From Candidatus Omnitrophota bacterium (GTDB lineage: Bacteria; Omnitrophota; Gorgyraeia; Gygaellales; Profunditerraquicolaceae): a stretch of 64,000 bases of DNA. The translations under genes were made by a program, and so were the position numbers. Under the pieces are notes generated by a model. It was not told the origin of the DNA and ran no database searches. It was given only the letters and a program-made list of their open reading frames with translations. Positions 58,433 to 64,000 of this stretch are shown here, piece by piece; position 1 is the stretch's first letter; every line of letters begins with the position of its first letter. The stretch covers positions 102,900 through 166,899 of the forward strand of contig JBAZKL010000004.1 of assembly GCA_041650835.1 (NCBI GenBank), written 5' to 3'.

Positions 58433-59089
58433 TTATCTTTTTTTTGACCGCCCCAGGCGATACGCGGCGTAAACCGCGCACACGCTTATGAGCATAATAA
58501 ATCCCCAGGCATAGGTTAGCGGGAATCGAGCGGCAACGGCCCCGTATATACCGTTGAGCCCGAATAATATAAAAATAACCGCTGATATCCATTTTATTGT
58601 CTTCTCAGGAATATGCTTTCTCATCACAATACCGGCCACGACCCCGAAAGCATCCGCTATCACCATGCCCAGGGTAGTCCCCATCAGCACATAAAGCATA
58701 TTCTGATATTTAACCGCGAGGCTGATTGTAGCGAGCTGCGTCTTATCCCCCATTTCAGCCAGGAAGAACGCGATACCGACGGTTACCACAGGGCCAAAGC
58801 GGCTTTCCTTTTTATCTTCTCCTTCAAGATTGTCCCCGCGGATAGTCCATAAACCAAAAATAACAAATGAAAAAGCCGCAATAAATGAAATAATATCTAA
58901 AGGTATAACAACTGTTAAGAAATGGCCTACGGCTACCGCAAGAGAGTGATTGAGAAGCGTGGCAAGAAAAACCGCGAGAAGAACTTTTCCGGGGTTGTAT
59001 CGGGCAGCAAAAGCCATTGCCAGAAGTTGGGTCTTATCTCCCATTTCCGCTAATACGACAAAGATCAATGATGCCCAAAACGCCGCCAT
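58433..59089 (-). CDS. GDT1/TMEM165 (UPF0016) family cation (Ca2+/Mn2+):H+ transporter
   Basis: Two E-x-G-D-K-T motifs (AEMGDKTQL twice), 6 TM. 218 aa. Confidence 0.75.
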   Translation of the reverse strand: MAAFWASLIFVVLAEMGDKTQLLAMAFAARYNPGKVLLAVFLATLLNHSLAVAVGHFLTVVIPLDIISFIAAFSFVIFGLWTIRGDNLEGEDKKESRFGPVVTVGIAFFLAEMGDKTQLATISLAVKYQNMLYVLMGTTLGMVIADAFGVVAGIVMRKHIPEKTIKWISAVIFILFGLNGIYGAVAARFPLTYAWGFIMLISVCAVYAAYRLGRSKKR

Positions 59090-59214
59090 ACTTTATCACC
59101 TTGCTTCATTACTTAACCACTCAACCGTATTTACTCTAACCACGCCCCTAAAACTAATGATAATAACACATTAAGGCATAAAAGAATGCCGCTACAAGCG
59201 CTTCCCCGATGAGA

Positions 59215-59484
59215 TCAACTCTTGCCGGCTTGCGCGCTATATTTAATGAACATAGCGAAAGCCACCACAAGGATCAAAAACGTTACGCCATTAGCCAGAA
59301 TTATCACAAAGTTTTTCAGATGGATGCCGTATACCAACCAAAGAAAAACCCCCACCATAAACTGAAGAATAGCAAGCAAACTAAGGTCTTTGACGGACTT
59401 AGTGCGGTAGATCTTAATTACCTGCGGCAGGAAGCCGAACATCGTCAAGAATGCCGCTGAAAAACCAACAATTTCCCAAGCCAT
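59215..59484 (-). CDS. SemiSWEET (PQ-loop) sugar transporter
   Basis: 89 aa with 3 TM and the PQ motif FLPQVIKIYRTKS. Start set at MAWEIV (GAGAGGAAA RBS upstream). The ORF-track start is at 59538. Confidence 0.6.
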   Translation of the reverse strand: MAWEIVGFSAAFLTMFGFLPQVIKIYRTKSVKDLSLLAILQFMVGVFLWLVYGIHLKNFVIILANGVTFLILVVAFAMFIKYSAQAGKS

Positions 59485-59784
59485 GGATTTCCTCTCAATA
59501 GTTCGTATACCCGGGATCATTCTTTTATTCAAACCCAAGCAACGCGCCCTTATAGATACTATTGCTATTCGTTATTAAGCGATCGTGTTCCTTCTTTTAA
59601 ACACTTCAGCCTATTTTACCCGCAGAACCTGTCAAACGCAATATAATCTTCTCATAAAAAAAGGCGGCTATCACGCGATATGTGACGCCGCCTTCTTCCT
59701 TATTTCTACCTTTTGACTTTCTTTGATATTTACCTGCCGGCAGGGCCTTTAAACTTTAAGCTTCAATTTCTCTGCCTGCCTTAA

Positions 59785-60036
59785 TTACGCGACCTCGAGC
59801 TTGTCTAAATAAATCCCGTCATCATCGATAGAGTCTGACTGATGAACGGTTATTTTTGCCCCGGACAAAAGGGGAGATCTTGCCATCGCCTCGAAACAGA
59901 ACTCCAAATGCTCCTTGATATGATGATTGAACTTCCCGCACATGATCTCGACGCTGAGCACTTTTTTAAAATCGTGTTTTTGTTTTTGCAGCTCTATCGC
60001 TTGGAATATCCCCTCGACCAACGACAATTCATGCAT
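59785..60036 (-). CDS. HypA-like N-terminal domain protein lacking the C-terminal zinc ribbon
   Basis: MHELSLVEGIF... Ni-binding N-terminus. 83 aa with no Cys pairs. Last gene of the hypFCDE operon. Confidence 0.5.
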   Translation of the reverse strand: MHELSLVEGIFQAIELQKQKHDFKKVLSVEIMCGKFNHHIKEHLEFCFEAMARSPLLSGAKITVHQSDSIDDDGIYLDKLEVA

Positions 60037-60064
60037 AACAGCCTCCTTTTGGATACGGTTGTTT

Positions 60065-61087
60065 TCAACAAATACGCGGCAGCGGGTCTCCTTCGATCAT
60101 CGGCACGAACCGCTTTGTCCCGATAGCATTTTCCAGGAAGACCGGCGGCACTTCCGGGGAATACTCTGACCCATCCACCTCCGCGATCAACTGCGCGTCT
60201 TGCCCTATTGGCATCTGCCGCAGCATGCGCAGCATCGGGCCCGCGACGCTTCTATCGGCGATAATAACGGCTTTGCCTTCGTTAGCCAGGTAAAGCGGGT
60301 CAAGCCCCAGCAGGTCGCAGCAGGAAAGCACCTGCTCTTTAACCGGAAGCAACGCCTCATATATCTTTATGTTCACCCGCGAAGCCCTGGCTATTTCATT
60401 TAACACGCTGGCCAAGCCTCCCCGCGTCGGGTCTCGCATGGCATGGATATGAGCGCCGAAGACGGATATCTTTTCCACTATTTTCCACACGCAGGCCACG
60501 TCGCTTTCTATCTCAGGAGTAAACCCCAGCTTTTCCCTCGCGTTCATGACCGCTATCCCATGATCGGCAAGAGTGCCGGAAATGATCACGCTATCCCCCA
60601 CTTGCGCGCGCGCGCAGGAAATATCCAGCCCCGCGCAGACAACGCCGATCCCCGAAGTATTGATATATATCCCGTCGGCTTCCCCCCTGCCGACCACCTT
60701 GGTATCGCCTGTCACGATCGATACTCCTGCCCCGGCGGCAGCCTCCCGCATGGAAAAAACTATCTGCTTTAAACTCTTTACAGGAAACCCTTCTTCAATA
60801 ATAAAACCGGCTGAGAGCGCCAGGGGCTTGGCGCCTTTTACCGCCAGGTCGTTCAAAGTCCCGCATACCGCAAGCTTGCCGATATCGCCTCCGGGAAAGA
60901 AGAGCGGCTTAACGGTAAAGGAATCCGTGGTAAAAGCAAGCCGGGTATCGCCCACATTCAGCTCAGCTGCGTCATCCATCCGCCTTAAGGTTTCATTGCC
61001 GTATCCCGGCAAGAACACATCCTCCATTAACTCCTGGGAAAGTAATCCTCCCGCGCCCATCGGTAATAATATCTTATCGTGTCTCAT
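60065..61087 (-). CDS. hypE: Hydrogenase maturation carbamoyl dehydratase HypE
   Basis: PurM-like fold. C-terminal PRIC motif. 340 aa. Confidence 0.85.
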   Translation of the reverse strand: MRHDKILLPMGAGGLLSQELMEDVFLPGYGNETLRRMDDAAELNVGDTRLAFTTDSFTVKPLFFPGGDIGKLAVCGTLNDLAVKGAKPLALSAGFIIEEGFPVKSLKQIVFSMREAAAGAGVSIVTGDTKVVGRGEADGIYINTSGIGVVCAGLDISCARAQVGDSVIISGTLADHGIAVMNAREKLGFTPEIESDVACVWKIVEKISVFGAHIHAMRDPTRGGLASVLNEIARASRVNIKIYEALLPVKEQVLSCCDLLGLDPLYLANEGKAVIIADRSVAGPMLRMLRQMPIGQDAQLIAEVDGSEYSPEVPPVFLENAIGTKRFVPMIEGDPLPRIC

Positions 61088-62211
61088 AGTTTTTTACCTC
61101 CGTATTTATAATACGCAGCGCAGGTCCCTTCGCTTGAGACCATGCACGGCCCTACCGGATCAGACGGCGTGCACACTCGCCTGAAAAGCGGGCATTGCGT
61201 CGGTTGAGCCTTGCCCTTGATCACCTCCGGGCACTTACAGCCCCTGGGTTCTTCAACATGAGGGACCGGGAAATCGACGAACTTTTCCGCGTCGAAAGCG
61301 CTGAATGCCCGGTTCAGCTTTAATCCGCTGCCGGGTATTTCCCCTAACCCCCTCCATCGCGCGTCACATTCGGTAAACACCGACGCTATCGCTTCTTTCG
61401 CTTTGAGGTTGCCCTCCCGCGTGACAATCCGGCTATACTCATTGACGATACGCGCTTGTTTATTCCCGATCATCCGCGTAAGCATCAAAATACCTTCCAG
61501 CATATCTACCGGCTCAAAGCCGGCGATCACTCCCGGAACATGGTATTCATCAGCCATGAACCGGTAAGCCTCCGCCCCCAGGATAGCGCTCACATGCCCG
61601 GGAAGAAGTAAACCGTCGACTTTCACATCAGCCGATGAAAGCAGCGCCCGTAACGCAGGCGGCACCAGTTTAAAAGCGCAGAGCAGATGCAAATTCTTCA
61701 CCCCGTCATTTTTTGCCCTGATGAGCGTCGAAGCAAAAAGCCCGACGGTAGTCTCAAAACCCACGCCGAACAGGACTATGTCTTTTAAAGGGTTATTTTT
61801 CGCGTATTCCAGCGCTTCAAGCGGGCTGTACATGATCTTGACGTTGGCGTCCCTTTCAGCCTTGACCGAATCAAGGCTTACCCTCGCCCCCGGCACCTTG
61901 ACCATGTCCCCGAAGCAGAACAAAACGGTATTTTTCCTGCATGCCAGGCCTATCGCTTTTTCTACCGCGTCCGCGCCGGTCACGCACACCGGGCATCCCG
62001 GGCCCGAAACAAGATTTATGCGCGCGTTAAGGCCGTCGCGGATCCCTGATTTGAAAAGCGCGACAGTATGCGTACCGCAGACCTCCATAATAGAGGCGCT
62101 GCCGGTATAAGAATTTATTTTATCCAAAAGCTGCCGGGCTAAGCCCGGGTTTTTATAATCTGCAACCGGTCTATATGAACTGTTCAAATTCTTTAAGTGC
62201 GTCACAGGCAT
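61084..62211 (-). CDS. hypD: Hydrogenase maturation protein HypD
   Basis: CGTHT, GPGCPVC and C-terminal CxxC...C motifs. 375 aa. Confidence 0.9.
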   Translation of the reverse strand: MPVTHLKNLNSSYRPVADYKNPGLARQLLDKINSYTGSASIMEVCGTHTVALFKSGIRDGLNARINLVSGPGCPVCVTGADAVEKAIGLACRKNTVLFCFGDMVKVPGARVSLDSVKAERDANVKIMYSPLEALEYAKNNPLKDIVLFGVGFETTVGLFASTLIRAKNDGVKNLHLLCAFKLVPPALRALLSSADVKVDGLLLPGHVSAILGAEAYRFMADEYHVPGVIAGFEPVDMLEGILMLTRMIGNKQARIVNEYSRIVTREGNLKAKEAIASVFTECDARWRGLGEIPGSGLKLNRAFSAFDAEKFVDFPVPHVEEPRGCKCPEVIKGKAQPTQCPLFRRVCTPSDPVGPCMVSSEGTCAAYYKYGGKKL

Positions 62212-62383
62212 CTTCCTCGTTTAATTTATTGATGGCAAACCCCGCGTGCACGATAACGTATTGCCCGGGGAGCACATCTTCCAACAGGTCTATAGCTACC
62301 TCTTTATCAACGCCCATAAAACTGACCCTGGCTACGTTGCCCGTCAGCACCTCTTTTACCAACCCCGGGACAGCAAGACACAT
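62171..62383 (-). CDS. hypC: Hydrogenase maturation chaperone HypC
   Basis: MCLAVPG N-terminus. 70 aa. Confidence 0.85.
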   Translation of the reverse strand: MCLAVPGLVKEVLTGNVARVSFMGVDKEVAIDLLEDVLPGQYVIVHAGFAINKLNEEDACDALKEFEQFI

Positions 62384-62402
62384 ATTTTGACTCCTTTTTC
62401 TG

Positions 62403-63566
62403 TTATTCTTTCACGGCTCCGGCTCCGCGCAGTGCCGCGTATGTCTGGCCCACGCATATCCCCAGGTCGTTTATCGGCACGGTATCATCTTCTAAGATCC
62501 GGAACCCCGCGTCCCGCAGCTGCCGCAGGGTGAGAGAGCGAAGTATTTTATTCTGGAACACTCCCCCGCTTAAGGCGACCGTAGCGATACCGCTTTCCTG
62601 CCGAAGCCGCCCGCACATTTCAACGATCAACACGGCAATTGAATTATGGAACCGCCGCGCCAGGCGTTCAACGGCAACGCCTCCTGCCGCCTCCGCTAAC
62701 AACGCTTCAATAAAATGACGGTATCCGACGATATATACCCCTTTCTCCCGCGTAATATCAAAGGTATAAAAGGCATCATCTTCCACGAGAGCGGCTTTTT
62801 TTTCCAAATTGACCGCCGCTTCCGCCTCGAAGCTCACCTCATGGGTGATCCCTAACAGGGAAGAAACCGCGTCAAATAACCTGCCGCAGCTTGAAGTAAG
62901 CGGAAAGTTGAAATTATTCTCCAGCGCCCGGAAAAGAGAATAGTATTCGTCTTTTGTCCTGAGCTTCAATAAGCCAAGCTTTTTATCGAACAGCTTATTG
63001 CCTAAAGAGCCGTATAACAAGCCAAACGCCATTCTCCAGGGCTGCTTGACCGCTTTTTCCGCTCCGGGCATTTTCATATATTGCAAATGGCCGCTCCTTT
63101 TATATTCATGAGCGCTCACCGTAAAGAATTCCCCGCCCCAGAGGTTACCGTCGGAGCCGAAGCCGGTGCCGTCAAAGCTGACCCCTATAATATCCACCCG
63201 CGCTTCTGATTGCGCTAAAACCGAAGCGATATGCGCCTGATGGTGCTGGACCTCCAGGCGCTTTGCGCCTTCAAAAAGGCCTATCGCCTTCGAAGAGAAA
63301 TAATACGGATGAGGGTCATACGCCACCACATCAGGAGAGATCGCCAGGTGCTCCCGCATTTCACGTACCGCCTCAAGATAAGCGGAGAAATTCTCTACGC
63401 GGGAAAGGTCCCCGAAATCCGCGGAAAAGTATATTTCCCCGTCCTTAAAATAAGAAAATCTGTTTTTCATATCAGCGCCGCAGGCAAATACTTCCCCCCG
63501 CAGGCGGCAAAGCCCTTTCAGAGAAACAGGGTCCGCAAGGCTGAGTGCGCATTCATTTATCGACAT
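62403..63566 (-). CDS. hypF: HypF-like carbamoyltransferase, Kae1-like C-terminal domain only (no acylphosphatase, Zn-finger or YrdC domains)
   Basis: YDPHPYYFSSK and VQHHQAHIASVLAQ match the HypF Kae1-domain metal-binding motifs. 387 aa. Confidence 0.65.
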   Translation of the reverse strand: MSINECALSLADPVSLKGLCRLRGEVFACGADMKNRFSYFKDGEIYFSADFGDLSRVENFSAYLEAVREMREHLAISPDVVAYDPHPYYFSSKAIGLFEGAKRLEVQHHQAHIASVLAQSEARVDIIGVSFDGTGFGSDGNLWGGEFFTVSAHEYKRSGHLQYMKMPGAEKAVKQPWRMAFGLLYGSLGNKLFDKKLGLLKLRTKDEYYSLFRALENNFNFPLTSSCGRLFDAVSSLLGITHEVSFEAEAAVNLEKKAALVEDDAFYTFDITREKGVYIVGYRHFIEALLAEAAGGVAVERLARRFHNSIAVLIVEMCGRLRQESGIATVALSGGVFQNKILRSLTLRQLRDAGFRILEDDTVPINDLGICVGQTYAALRGAGAVKE

Positions 63567-63601
63567 AGAATAGTTTTCTCCTTTTTACATCATTACCGCG
63601 G

Positions 63602-64000
63602 TCAAGGCAGCGTGACTCCCTGCTTGAGCAGGCCCTCCCGCGGCTTTATCAAGGCGGACTTCGAAAGAATAACTCCCACCTCATATAGTATCAGGAGCGG
63701 GACCGCCATGGACAGCTGGCTGAATATATCCGGCCCGGGAGTCAAAACCCCTGCCGCGATAAAAATACATACCATCGCGTACTTGCGTTTAGCGGACAGG
63801 AATTCCGGAGTCACCACGCCGAGTTTAGTAAGAAAATGCATGACCAGCGGCAATTGGAAGACCAGGCCGAACGCCACGATCATCGCCCCCAGGAATGAAA
63901 TATACCGGCTTATCGTGATCATCGGGGCCATGAAATTACTGCCGAAAGAAAGCAGGAACTTCATCCCAAAGCTGATGATCACAAAGAAGCCGAATGACGC
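63602..64000 (-). CDS. tatC: Twin-arginine translocase subunit TatC (C-terminal part; the gene extends beyond the window end)
   Basis: ...IAAGVLTPGPDIFSQLSMAVPLLILYEVGVILSK matches the TatC C-terminal region. Confidence 0.7.
   Translation of the reverse strand, partial: ASFGFFVIISFGMKFLLSFGSNFMAPMITISRYISFLGAMIVAFGLVFQLPLVMHFLTKLGVVTPEFLSAKRKYAMVCIFIAAGVLTPGPDIFSQLSMAVPLLILYEVGVILSKSALIKPREGLLKQGVTLP

Noticed and set aside
62403-63566. Full-length HypF
   Set aside because: The ORF is 387 aa and begins at the Kae1-like domain. The upstream gene is tatC, so the N-terminal acylphosphatase, Zn-finger and YrdC domains are not encoded adjacent to it.

Overview
This 64 kb window is from a bacterial chromosome. 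It has typical anaerobe gene content at about 50% GC, with one AT-rich accessory segment at roughly 1100-11900 that is dense in repeats. All calls below are read directly from the sequence and ORF translations; no database searches were run.

Left third (1-19000):
- An edge-truncated RidA/YjgF-like gene at the window start.
- A TPR gene flanked by MITE-like repeats.
- A GT25-X-GH16 fusion gene followed by a GT32 glycosyltransferase.
- A three-gene cassette between ~230 bp direct repeats: a TIR-domain protein, a nucleoside 2-deoxyribosyltransferase-like (NDT/SLOG-type) protein and a Mrr-like PD-(D/E)xK nuclease with zinc ribbons. This is the best candidate for an undescribed anti-phage system.
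- tRNA-Asn, then a standalone OLD-family ATPase/TOPRIM nuclease.
- A radical-SAM protein, a methyl-accepting chemotaxis protein, and a conserved uncharacterised module of carbamoyltransferase, SxtJ-like membrane protein, a 52-aa DUF5989-like protein and a membrane SGNH hydrolase.

Middle (19000-33300):
- Housekeeping genes: TauE/SafE exporter, AlkD-like DNA repair protein, ABC-F ATPase, recR, dnaX, tadA.
- A SERCA-like P-type ATPase.
- An odd charged-repeat periplasmic protein.
- tRNA-Ser(GCU) followed by three tandem hairpin/T-run repeats.
- A GIY-YIG nuclease ORF bracketed by a duplicated 42-bp hairpin.

Right third (33300-64000):
- A colinear 12-gene operon encoding a complex-I-like, Mrp-antiporter-containing [NiFe] hydrogenase: NuoN/L/M/J/K/A homologues, small subunit, NuoC-like subunit, large subunit with both CxxC Ni-Fe motifs intact, NuoH-like subunit, 2x[4Fe-4S] subunit and a HycI protease.
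- tRNA-Arg(ACG).
- A lipoprotein and a prepilin-type protein with a ~80-residue poly-Gly linker and a C-terminal HExxH domain.
- TPR and secreted proteins.
- A PBP-PAS sensor overlapping a 1180-aa hybrid histidine kinase.
- A second P-type ATPase, a porin, an esterase, a GDT1/UPF0016 transporter and a SemiSWEET.
- A hyp maturation set (hypA, truncated hypA-like, hypE, hypD, hypC and a Kae1-domain-only hypF), with tatC truncated at the window edge.

Several intergenic repeat families recur across the window: REP-like hairpins, a 35-bp element containing an exact TTATCCACA, and GTGACTGTCAC dyads.
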